A stretch of DNA of 54,805 nucleotides, filler included, from Asterionella formosa (GCA_002256025.1; 4 parts of 4 records of this genome joined end to end with filler, not necessarily neighbours in it), one strand, 5' to 3'; positions 34,682-45,235 are shown, counted from the whole stretch's first letter. Notes: generated by a model not told the origin, from the sequence alone. Numbers and translations: made by a program.

Positions 34682-36751
34682 TTACACCGACTGCAACTGG
34701 TTGCCTGTTAGTCGTCGTTCTATATTGTCAATATAATTCACCAGTATTGGTGCCAAGACTCGATCGCTCCCATACTTTTCCAAAAGTCGGGCCAAAGTAG
34801 TTACAACTTCCTTCTTGTGTTCAGAACTGTATGGCCTCCTAGATATTGAATCCATCTCGTCCGTTGTATCTTCCTGTCGAGTCAACTGTTCCGCTTTCTC
34901 CTTCTTTGTCTCTATTCGGTTTATGTGCTCACTTATACTCTCACCCGGTTTCACAGAAGCATCCACTCCTTTCCCTAACTGAATAGTTGATTCACTGTGA
35001 TCATTAATCCAACCTTGGCCAGAGGCATCAACACTGCGATCACCTAACGGCGGCTCAATATTTGGAATTGACTCTGTTACAACCTTATTTTGGTCCTTGG
35101 ATCGAAGTAGGGTATACATGGGTTCTTGTGGTTGTATTGGTGACTTCTCTTCCTGCAATACTCGCTTTCCTTGTTGGAATTCCGAAAGTTGTTGATGTTG
35201 CATTTGCTTGTGGTCGTTCACTACCTTTTGAAGTTTCATTGACGACTGCTGTTCATCCATCACTTCCTTTTGTGGCTGGAAGCCCGTGTGCTTCGGCTGA
35301 TTTGATTGCAGGTGTGTATGCATTGACTGTGGACCTTGTATTTTAATTTGCTGTTCCTCGCTTTGCTTTTGTTGATCGAATTCTGTGTCTGTTTGATGTT
35401 GTGATTGCATGCTCGTTCGCAATGGTTGTGGCTCGTGCATGTGCAATCCCTGATCCCCAATCATTGCATATTTCTGATTCGAGCCCATGTCTTGTTTCTG
35501 TTGAGCTTGCTGGAGGTTTTCCATTTCATGACGATCTGATTGTTGTTGCTCATGGGACTGTTGGAAGATTTCCATTGGATTTTGTCTTAGAAATGAAAAC
35601 TGCCGATCGTTCACAACTTGATTTCCTTGATGCAAACCCAGATCTTGGTGCTGTTGAGTTTTCGGGATATTTTGAATTGTTTCTTGACCAGGCATCGGCA
35701 GCTGCCAATCCTCCATCATTTGATTTCCGTGTTGAGAGTCGGAGTGTTGCGATTCTTTCATTAAATTTGAAGAATCCATCATTTGAATCGGGTGATTGTT
35801 CTCCTGAATCACCACAGTGTTTTGAGGCATTTGTCCTATTATCGTGTCACTTTGCTGAAACGGATTCTTCCTGATAGTTTCCATCGGATTTTGCTGTATA
35901 CCTCCTTGTTGCTGTGGTCGAGGCATCGTTTGAAGCCGTCGTCTCAACTGGTCTTTGACTTCTGTTCTGACTTCGCCTTCGTCTGTAAGAACAGGCCCAG
36001 CGAATTCCTTTGTGACGATTTTGTGCCATACACAAGGAATCTCTTCTGATGGAACTGTCTTAATTCCATCCGATCGACTCAATAATTCTGCAATCTTTCT
36101 TGTCAATTCTGGTCCATACTCGGGTGCGATGAATTGTTCATAGGATATCACTAAGCGATCCATTGGTTTGTACCGATCAACCCAATATTCTAAATGCTTC
36201 ATCCATGTATCCAGTTCACGGGTAAATGAGTGATCTCTCCATTCTATCCAAGAGTCCAATGGCGCAACCTGGACATTATCTGGGTCGTACCCTTCCTCGC
36301 TTTCTGACGCATGGATAATATTGAAATAGGCCGGAAGCGAGTCCATGGGATGTCTGATGAAAATAATCGCCTTTTGAATGTCCTCTGCACCGGGGAATTC
36401 TTTTCCCGCTAAGCATGGATAGTGCGTTTTAACGCCAACAACATTGTGATGTCCATTTGTAAATTGATCGTCAGTTATAGGTATGCCAGTGAGCGCTTCC
36501 ACTATGGACCATTGCAGCTTTGTGCCGGATCCAGGGTAGGATGGAAGGAAGGTGGGTTCGACGCGATGACTTGGAACCTCGACATCCATGATGGTGCAGA
36601 CCGAATCATCAATATGGTATGAATAATATTCCACTGTTGTTACTGGTAAGAAACTGGATCGAAAGGGAGACAATGGGCCTGTGATGTATTGTAGAGTACC
36701 AAGGACGACAACGAAAATGCAGATAGAGACGAATGTAGTATTCATCTTCAT
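34682..36751 (-). CDS. Type II membrane WSCD-like sulfotransferase with a large Gln-rich insert
   Basis: N-terminal signal anchor FVSICIFVVVLGTL, 5'-PSB loop LPSYPGSGT, VGVKTHYP, 3'-PB-like IIFIRHPMDS and LVISYEQF. A long Gln/Met/His-rich region follows, then a C-terminal helix RRPYS..LARLLEKY. Confidence 0.8.
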   Translation of the reverse strand: MKMNTTFVSICIFVVVLGTLQYITGPLSPFRSSFLPVTTVEYYSYHIDDSVCTIMDVEVPSHRVEPTFLPSYPGSGTKLQWSIVEALTGIPITDDQFTNGHHNVVGVKTHYPCLAGKEFPGAEDIQKAIIFIRHPMDSLPAYFNIIHASESEEGYDPDNVQVAPLDSWIEWRDHSFTRELDTWMKHLEYWVDRYKPMDRLVISYEQFIAPEYGPELTRKIAELLSRSDGIKTVPSEEIPCVWHKIVTKEFAGPVLTDEGEVRTEVKDQLRRRLQTMPRPQQQGGIQQNPMETIRKNPFQQSDTIIGQMPQNTVVIQENNHPIQMMDSSNLMKESQHSDSQHGNQMMEDWQLPMPGQETIQNIPKTQQHQDLGLHQGNQVVNDRQFSFLRQNPMEIFQQSHEQQQSDRHEMENLQQAQQKQDMGSNQKYAMIGDQGLHMHEPQPLRTSMQSQHQTDTEFDQQKQSEEQQIKIQGPQSMHTHLQSNQPKHTGFQPQKEVMDEQQSSMKLQKVVNDHKQMQHQQLSEFQQGKRVLQEEKSPIQPQEPMYTLLRSKDQNKVVTESIPNIEPPLGDRSVDASGQGWINDHSESTIQLGKGVDASVKPGESISEHINRIETKKEKAEQLTRQEDTTDEMDSISRRPYSSEHKKEVVTTLARLLEKYGSDRVLAPILVNYIDNIERRLTGNQLQSV

Positions 36752-37174
36752 TATGGAGAGGCGGTCGATTCAGAGACTTCCTTTCAGTTCACCTGATTAA
36801 GAATATGGTTGGAGAGAAGCGTGACGACCGGAACCGCAAGCAGTATTGGAGCGCACGCAGTCGTCAGTCGGAGGATAAGACTGTGCGTTTGCTTCGCTGT
36901 TGCTTTCTCCTTTCACTTCTAGTGACATGTATTACGTTTGTGAAATGTGATACCAGTAGATTATTTGTCACTGTAATTTGGTGCTTTGAAAGAGGATGAT
37001 TCAGTGGTAAGTATTGGGCTTACAATACCGGTATAGAAGTGGGAACATTTATTTAATTCTGATTCAGGTTCTATGCAGTCATGCATCTTTTGGGGGGTCT
37101 TTTGTAAAGGCACAATGCTTATTTTGCCGGCATCTATATAAAATTTTAATCACGCTTTACGGACCTCGACTACC

Positions 37175-37465
37175 GGTACCGGTAGGTCCGTTAATTTTGC
37201 TGATTCACGATAGCGGCTGACGGGCAGACACAGGAATTCAAAAAGAAATGACATACCGGATCGATAGTATCGCTTGTCGCAGACGCGTGAAATCGGTTCG
37301 CCTACCGGTAGTCAATTTGAGCGACATGTTTCGGTCGAAAATGAGTCATTTAGAAGAATATTAGTGTAAAACGGTTTAATTGATGAGAATTTTGGATAAA
37401 ATATTTGCAATTTTTGTTTTAGGCACATACAAATCATTTCAGACACCAGCAAAATTGTTTCAGAC
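37175..37465 (+). repeat. End of a DNA-transposon family, copy 2
   Basis: Colinear diverged match to 6451-6770. Confidence 0.75.
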
Positions 37466-38032
37466 TATTCTCGCTCTTTGTCACTTTAAAAAGCACACCA
37501 GTATGTTGTCGTGCCTGTGTACCCTTGTGATGTATAGCTCGGATGAATCATCATCAAGGAGAAACCAAGGAACCCTGGTGAGCCCATGTACATAATTATT
37601 AAGAAAATTCTTTTCTATATAATCACTTTGTGACGGGTAATCGTGGTGTCTGGCTGGGGAGAATCTTGTGCATCTAGCGGAAATGTCTGCAAAAATCGAG
37701 AACGACGATCCTATTTGATACTTTTTCTGATCCAGTGAAGTTGCAACAAGCCCAGCGACTAAACCCGGCTCGATCCATGTCCTTCAGAGGAGCCCTCAGT
37801 AGAAGCAATATTCAATTCCTACGCGAGACGATGGAGGCCTCGGGTACATCGGTGAGATTAGTATGTTCAGGTGAGTAGCGATACCTGTGCATAGTTTATG
37901 GGTGCTGATTTTCGTTGGCCAGCTTGTGGACCTGTACTCATGTGTGTAATATCGGCTACCGGTAGTACTACCAAAGAGATGCGACTAAATAAACTAACGA
38001 GCATTCAGAAGTCGAATAATATAGCTAGCCAC

Positions 38033-38546
38033 NNNNNNNNNNNNNNNNNNNNNNNNNNNNNNNNNNNNNNNNNNNNNNNNNNNNNNNNNNNNNNNNNNNN
38101 NNNNNNNNNNNNNNNNNNNNNNNNNNNNNNNNNNNNNNNNNNNNNNNNNNNNNNNNNNNNNNNNNNNNNNNNNNNNNNNNNNNNNNNNNNNNNNNNNNNN
38201 NNNNNNNNNNNNNNNNNNNNNNNNNNNNNNNNNNNNNNNNNNNNNNNNNNNNNNNNNNNNNNNNNNNNNNNNNNNNNNNNNNNNNNNNNNNNNNNNNNNN
38301 NNNNNNNNNNNNNNNNNNNNNNNNNNNNNNNNNNNNNNNNNNNNNNNNNNNNNNNNNNNNNNNNNNNNNNNNNNNNNNNNNNNNNNNNNNNNNNNNNNNN
38401 NNNNNNNNNNNNNNNNNNNNNNNNNNNNNNNNNNNNNNNNNNNNNNNNNNNNNNNNNNNNNNNNNNNNNNNNNNNNNNNNNNNNNNNNNNNNNNNNNNNN
38501 NNNNNNNNNNNNNNNNNNNNNNNNNNNNNNNNNNNNNNNNNNNNNN
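38033..38546. other. Intra-scaffold assembly gap
   Basis: Run of N without the linker motif. Confidence 0.95.
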
Positions 38547-39397
38547 TTAAATCAACAAACTTTCTATGTAATATTCTTCTATGTGCTGCAGACGTGCTGA
38601 GAAGTACAGAGTGCAAGGCTAATCGAGACAGTCATTTCAATGGTCATTTGGGGGGTTTATCGACGATGTCTTGTTCACAGTACATACATGAATGCCGGGA
38701 ACGTAGTCGTAAAATGATTAAATTCCGAGTCAATTAAACCCGTAGTGGAAGCTAGTGCTAGTAGTTAGCTGCACAAGCTTGCGACATCAATAATACCATT
38801 GCTGCTTGCTTGCTTCATCGTGTATTTTCCTTCTGCATAATATATAGCGTATGATGGTAATCCTGCCGGTATACCAGGTACCTGGTACCCTTAGTACATA
38901 CCGGGAATACGACTCTTATTACATTTTACGTGTACATTATTGACGAAATTCTACCAAAGGAGTATTTTTCTATAGGGCTCCGGTACCTGGTAGTGTTCTA
39001 GTCTGGACAGGTCAATACTGTCCGGTGCCCCTCCCTTGCTCGACCGTGGTGAAAATATGGTACAGAGAAAGGCAAAAAATCTACCAAGTAGTACTGGTGG
39101 TAGAATTTTTCTTCGCAATTTGGTAGAATATTCTACCAACGGACCGATGGAACCCTGCAGTGTGCCATTGTATTGTCCAAGAAATTCTACCAGGGGTACC
39201 TGGTACCTGGTACCAGGGTACCTGGTACCTGGTGAGCGATCCTGCACATTGATACAGATATATATAGGGTTAGGGTTATATCAAAAAAATCAGAACTCGA
39301 CTAACACCTGTTGTATATTTTGATGTCAACTTGGGAAAACAAGTTGTACATAAGATAAATTAGCTCATATATTCAACGAATTCTACTACTTCTAGTT

Positions 39398-41084
39398 ATG
39401 GATTTCGGAGCTCGTATTAAGACTTTGAACAGGCTACTTCAAATAATGTCTCATCCAGAAGATCAAAACGGATTGTCCAAAGAAGATATGCGGATTATTA
39501 TCATCCGTTCTATGCCCGATGAGCGAGTGGCAACAAGAGTTTGAATTGAATCATGCAAAACTTCAGACCAATCAATTTGCTCGGTTCTCGCTTACTTCGA
39601 GAGTCAACAATCGTTTAAGGATCGAAACAAGCATCTTCCCAAGAACAGTTTTCAAGCAATCACGCAAAATCGTCTTCGTATTGCTGAAGGCAATCGTGTG
39701 ATGCGTCAAGAAAACGAGCGTGTCAGTCGTCAATTCTACAACGATAATTTTACTCCAAGTGGTCGTGGAAGAGCACGTGCTATTGTTAATGCAGCCGGTC
39801 GCGCATGGGATCGTCAGGCGACTGTTCGTCATCAAGCTCTACAAGCCAGTCGTACGTACCATGATTATCGTGGCCCTTGCCCGGTACATCCTGAAGGTAC
39901 AAACACTTGGGGCAATTGTTTTCAGAACTCTTGTACTCAAGGTGGTCGAGCAGGTCGCATGGCTAGTTTCGATAGATGAGGACATTTTGGTGGTCGTGGA
40001 GGCGGTTCACACAGCAATCCTACGGAAAGCGACCATACTGACAATGCTAACCCTGTGTCTGCTCCACATGTTCGTATGCTAAATACGAAATTTCAGTGGT
40101 CACGAACCCTCCTGCTGGTCAGATAGTGATTTTTGTCCCTTCTACACAACAGCAGATTGCAGATCGCCATTACAGAGGTATGTGCGATAATAGCGATGCT
40201 ATTTATAATGACTCATTGAGTATATCTCACGTTAGTCACCACCTGGATAATATTGTTTATTTACAGGTTGAATACACTATGAATACCGCTCTTGCTGTAA
40301 CGCGGGACATGTATAAATGTATCGATGGACATGATGTTCCATATACATATCAGGGCCCCATTCCCGTTTCCTGTTTTACTTCTAAGGATATATTAACCTC
40401 AATTGATTTGATTCCGATGTATCTTTTAGCGCAACAATTGGTGGATGCTATGCCTATTCATAAAAGACTACGAGTATTATTTGATAGTGGAGGATCCTTA
40501 TCCTTAGTACATGAACGAGTTATGCCTCAAGGTATTTCTTTGTCTAACAAGACTTCACAATTAATACATACCATAGCTGGTACTTATTCATCTCATGCCA
40601 GTGTTATTTTACATGACCTGATCCTACCTGAATTTAATCAATCTGCTTGTGTTTTACAACAAAAGTGTCAAGTCTTTAATAGTCGATGCACATTTGATGC
40701 TAGTTTAGGACGTGATTTCCTTCGTCAAGTTGGTTTAACCATTGATTTCGTAAATAACACCATGTCCTGTATGGATATAACTGTTCCTATGCATTCTCTC
40801 ACATTCTTTGATGATGCAGAACGTTTACGTGAATTATTATTATATTTTGATGCACCTATGATTATTGAATCTTCATATGCGCTGGAAATTAAAGCTGCTG
40901 AGTATAATTATGTGAATATTGATACAGTGGCTGGTGAATAAACAGATGCATTTAACAACAATGCAACGGTCATGTTTGCGAACTATATTGGCTAAATATC
41001 AAAAATTATTTGATGGAAAATTAAAAGTTTATCCTCATAAACAGGTACATTTGGAATTATTATCAAATGCCAGCCCTCGTCATC
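39398..41084 (+). mobile_element. Decayed Ty3/Gypsy LTR retrotransposon gag-pol, cut by the scaffold end
   Basis: Gag-like FGARIKTLNRLL..RSMP..WQQEF and degenerate knuckle CPVHPEGTNTWGNC; aspartic protease LRVLFDSGGSLSLV..LGRDFLRQVG; pre-RT segment ILAKYQKLFDGKLKVYPHKQVHLEL. The protease-then-RT order fits Gypsy. Contains stops and frameshifts. Confidence 0.9.
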
Positions 41085-41184
41085 NNNNNNNNNNNNNNNN
41101 NNNNNNNNNNNNNNNNNNNNNNNNNNNNTTAATTAATTAANNNNNNNNNNNNNNNNNNNNNNNNNNNNNNNNNNNNNNNNNNNN
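41085..41184. other. Artificial scaffold linker
   Basis: 44 N + TTAATTAATTAA + 44 N. Confidence 0.97.
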
Positions 41185-41186
41185 GG

Positions 41187-42658
41187 GCGGGACCTCCACC
41201 AACACTACCTCAGCAGGGTTACGGAAATCAGGGTCAATCATATCATCAAGGTCCTCCTCCTCCGAGAGAGCCACCGCCTCCGCCCTTTCCAAGCCAACAA
41301 AATCAACAGCAGGGTTATCGTGAAGAACCAGCGGTGGATGACGAACCTGAATTCGACGAACCGTTTGCAGATCCGACAGCACGCCAGGGAGATTCACAAA
41401 TGGACATGTCGTCGTTTGATAAAGATTTAATTCTCAAAGGGCTAGCTAGATTGTATCGAAAAAAGATTCTTCCTCTGGAACTGAGTTCCAAATATGGCCA
41501 TTTTCACTCGCCACCGTTGAGCCCGTCAGATTTTGATGCTCCTCCCATGGTCATGCTACTCGGTCAATACAGTGTTGGAAAGACTTCGTTCATTAAGTAC
41601 TTGCTAGGCAAGGACTTCCCGGGGATCCGCATTGGTCCAGAACCAACGACAGATCGATTTACTGCTATTTTGTGGGGCCGTACTGACAAGGTGATTCCTG
41701 GAGCAGCGCTCTGTTCGCAAGCCCACCGACCCTTTGGAGGATTGAATCCCTTTGGGAACAATTTCTTGTCGAGAATGGAAGGAAGTGAAGTGGATGCCGC
41801 CATTTTGCTGAACATCACGCTTGTCGATACTCCTGGAATTTTGAGTGGACAAAAACAAAAGTCTCGAAACTATGATTACGAAGCCGTGATGAAGTGGTTT
41901 GCAGAACGAGCTGATTTGATTATTGTCATGTTTGATGCTCACAAGCTTGATATCTCGGTACGTTCTCCTTTATTGAAGAAGAATATAGAATTCAAAAGCT
42001 TTTCCATGTAATTCCTTCTTACTAACCTTGCCGAACAAAACAGGACGAACTTAAAGGAGTAATGGAAATGATGATTCCCCACTTGGACAAAGTGCGGGTT
42101 GTTTTGAACAAGGCGGATTCTATTTCCACTCAGCAACTTATGCGGGTTTATGGGGCCCTTATGTGGAGCCTCGGCAAGGTCATGAATACCCCCGAAGTTT
42201 GTCGAGTCTACATGGGCTCCTTCTGGGACGCCCCGCTTCAAAACCTCGAACAGGCTGAACTGCTGCAACGAGAAGAAATGGATCTGCTCCAGGATATTAT
42301 GAACCTCCCTCAACAAGCCGTGATGCGCAAGATCAACGAATTGGTGAAACGAGCCCGGAGTGTCAAGGTCCATGCCTACCTGATTCACTATCTGCGCAAG
42401 CAGCTCCCGTATACGTGGGGAAAACGAGACAAGCAAAAACGTTTGATTGGGCGGTTGGAGTCAGAAATGCTGGCAGCAGCAAGACGTTATGGACTTCCAA
42501 AGGGTGACTTTCCAGCGATTGGGCCGTTTCGACAGGCTTTAAATGAAATTAAGGACTTGTCTGAGTTCCCCAAGTTGGACAAGAAGCTTGTGCGTGAAAT
42601 GGACAAAGTCTTTTCTGTGGATATCCCCGAGTTATTGGAACGCGCTAGAAATACGTAA
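41187..42658 (+). CDS. EHD: EHD/RME-1 family dynamin-like ATPase, 5'-partial, 2 exons
   Basis: LGQYSVGKTSFI, IGPEPTTDRF, VDTPGILSG, FDAHKLDIS|DEL, LNKAD, QQLMRVYGALMWSLGKV. An 86-bp GT-AG intron lies at 41958-42043. The frame is open from the scaffold start with a Pro/Gln/Gly/Tyr-rich sequence. Confidence 0.95.
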
Positions 42659-42763
42659 CTCAATGAGATAGATGGGACGGGTTGAAATATTATCTTAATG
42701 CTTTGAAAGCTTGTCAACTGAATACAGTTATTATCTTTGTGTAGACTGCGTGAACCAGACTTT

Positions 42764-43289
42764 CTACGCTTCAGACGAGATGGATGCTACCTTCGTTCGT
42801 TTAGCAGCGAGAACAGGAGGCTCATCAGAAACAGTGTATTCTGCGGGCTTGACCATGGAATGTAGAGGATAATCAATGGGTGCTCTGAAAATGTCCGACA
42901 TTCTGCTTTTCTTGGGGCGTTTGTCCTGGGCCCACTTCGCAGCTTTCTTTTGCTTGTGTTTGGCGAAACACGAGCTGTGTACGTATACCAAGAGTAATGG
43001 GGTGGGAGAGTGTTAGAGACCAGGCGAGGTAGTAGATGGTTGTAAACCTCACTTTGTATGCCTCGACACAAATTCTACTTCATTGCAGTCCATGTCACAC
43101 ACTCGGCAGCGTTCTTTCTCCCTCATCCAGCTGATGCAACATCATGCAACACAAGACATGCATTCACCCAGCGTTCATTCTAAATTGCTAAACTCACATC
43201 TCAGTTCGAACTCCAAATAGCTGAGGAGCGAAAGCAGAGGCCGAAGCCACAAAAAGAGCGACAAGAACGACGGTATTTGACTTCATCAT
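42764..43289 (-). CDS. Plastid-targeted 100-aa basic protein resembling plastid-specific ribosomal protein PSRP6 (cL38), 2 exons
   Basis: Exon 1 (43289-43198) reads MMKSNTVVLVALFVASASAFAPQLFGVRTE, a signal peptide plus exact ASAFAP motif. A GTGAGT..CACAG intron spans 43197-42975. Exon 2 (42974-42764) reads ISCFAKHKQKKAAKWAQDKRPKKSRMSDIFRAPIDYP..KPAEYTV. The gene model is solid; the PSRP6 identity is recalled similarity. Confidence 0.75.
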
Positions 43290-43565
43290 GGTTAATACCT
43301 GTTGTAAGTCAAGTTCTTTGGTGACTGCAATGAATGTCAGTATGTAGGAACACGTATTCGGAAATGGAGCACATAAATATTACCGGATGAGGGGATGGGT
43401 GAATGTGAGGCAGCCACCCATTGCAATGACTTATTCGACTAAAATACGTACGTACACAGTCTTGCTCCGCCCTTTTTCTTTCATTCTTGTCCCATCATCA
43501 TATCATAGCCACATTTTTGGTATCAGGATACATCACACCCTTTATTACAAAGAACAGCTTTTGCG
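43290..43565. promoter_or_regulatory. Putative bidirectional promoter
   Basis: 276 bp between two divergent ATGs (43289 minus, 43566 plus). Confidence 0.55.
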
Positions 43566-45000
43566 ATGCGATTCACTCCATCTACTGTTGCCATTGCTCT
43601 GGCCGGAGTGAGCGCCATTGCTCTTTGCTCTCCAGTTTCTGGTAAGTACTGGGACATTGGTGGTAGACGAATTACAAATCGATCTTGCAGCGCGCTTCAA
43701 GTGGCTGCCTGCGGAAACTGATGTTTCGTTTGTTCTGTCAAAATTACCAAGTACTAACGTTTGAGATTCCCGATTCCCCTCCTCAGCGTTTGCTCCGAGC
43801 CGCACATTTGTCCGGTCCTCCACGAAAGTAGTTGAACAACAGCAGTCACACCAAGCAGGTTGCTCGTGCGTTGCTTGCGCTGGCCTTCACGCAGTAAGTA
43901 TCTGGTAATGAACCGGCATAATATATCGATATGAAGCCTCACGCGGAAACGTGTGAAATTTTCATTATTAGTTTTGAAAAGGGAACCATGATGGTCTAAC
44001 AACAGCATCTTTCTTCGCTGGATCACAGATTACTTGCCATTGCCCTTCATGCGCTCGGAGCGGATACACTCGTCTCTTCGCGGATGTCACTGCCGAATCT
44101 GAAGCCGTCGAAATCCCCGCCGAGGTGGAAGCCCTAGATGGCGTAGAATCCACCGACGAGGCCCACAACGTCGAACGACCTGCTCGTGCATCCCTGCAGA
44201 AGAAGCGAGTTGTGAAGGGAAAACCCCTCTCGGAATTCGCCGACGGCCAAGTCGTGAAGGCCACTGTCAGAACCATGACCACCTACGGAGCGTTCTGTGA
44301 TTTTGGAGCTGCCACTGACGGTCTCCTTCACATTTCAAGAATTTCCGACACCTTCGTCAAGGATGTCAAGGAAGTCCTCTCTCTCGGACAAGAAGTCGAA
44401 GTACGTATTGTATCAATCGACGCCGAAAAGGGACAAGTTGCACTTTCTTTGCTGACTGAAGCACAAGAATCTGCTGCCGGCGCTGCTCAAAAAGAACAGC
44501 AAAAGCAACCAAAGAAGACCGGTAACACCCCACGCGGAGGCGGGGGACAGAAGCGTGAAGACAGCGCCGTCTTGGATAAGCTAGTAGAACAGGGATGGGA
44601 CACCTCGAAAATGGTAGCTGGAGTAGTCGCAAGTACTCTTGCTTTTGGAGCATTCGTCAGAGTGGATGCTAGCCAATTGGGGGAAGGAATCGAAGGGTCT
44701 TTTGATGGTCTTGTTCACATCTCTGCCCTTACTGCAGGACGTGCGTCCTCAGTGACTGAATTCGCAAAGGTGGGTGACAATGTGCAAGTCCGTGTCAAGA
44801 GTATTGGAGAAGGCAAGGTATCCCTTAGTATGGTTTCGGAGGAGGACGAGAAGGCTGCTCGGCAGAATTCGCGTAAGTCGGATGATTCAGAAGTGGTTGT
44901 CGTAGGTGCCATCGACTGGAAGGAGCAGCTTGAGGCTCGTGCTGTGAATATGCCTGTTTTCTTCAATGGACCAGCAGAAGTGATTGATAAGCGCAAGTAA
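43566..45000 (+). CDS. Plastid-targeted protein with two S1 RNA-binding domains (PSRP7/PETs N-terminal-like), 3 exons, 384 aa
   Basis: Exons 43566-43641, 43787-43893 and 44029-45000, with GTAAGT..AG introns that keep the frame. Presequence MRFTPSTVAIALAGVSAIALCSPVSA-FAPSR. S1 domains YGAFCDFGAATDGLLHISRISDTFVKDV and FGAFVRVD..FDGLVHISAL. Confidence 0.85.
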
Positions 45001-45235
45001 AGAACTTATACCACTCAAGCAAAATTATTTTTCAAAACGTTATTGACACTTTGCTCTAGTGCCACTTGCTTCAATTGACAAAGTCTCAAAGCAAGTTAAC
45101 ATTGTAGAATGGTAAAATAAGGGAGGCACTTAAAATTAAAATATTGCGTTTTTCGATTCGAATGGGAAATGTGTCCATAAAGATGCACATTTGGCTGGGT
45201 ATTGAGAATGCTTTCGTCAATTAAATCGTTCCTTT

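Noticed and set aside
37898..38737. Long ORFs 37898-38737, 38005-38616 and 50830-51375
   Set aside because: They are open only because they cross N gaps.
39265..39277. Telomeric repeat TAGGGTTAGGGTT
   Set aside because: Only two units at an internal position, which is expected by chance.
40919..41397. Gypsy element inserted into or fused with the EHD gene
   Set aside because: The two are on different scaffolds separated by a linker.
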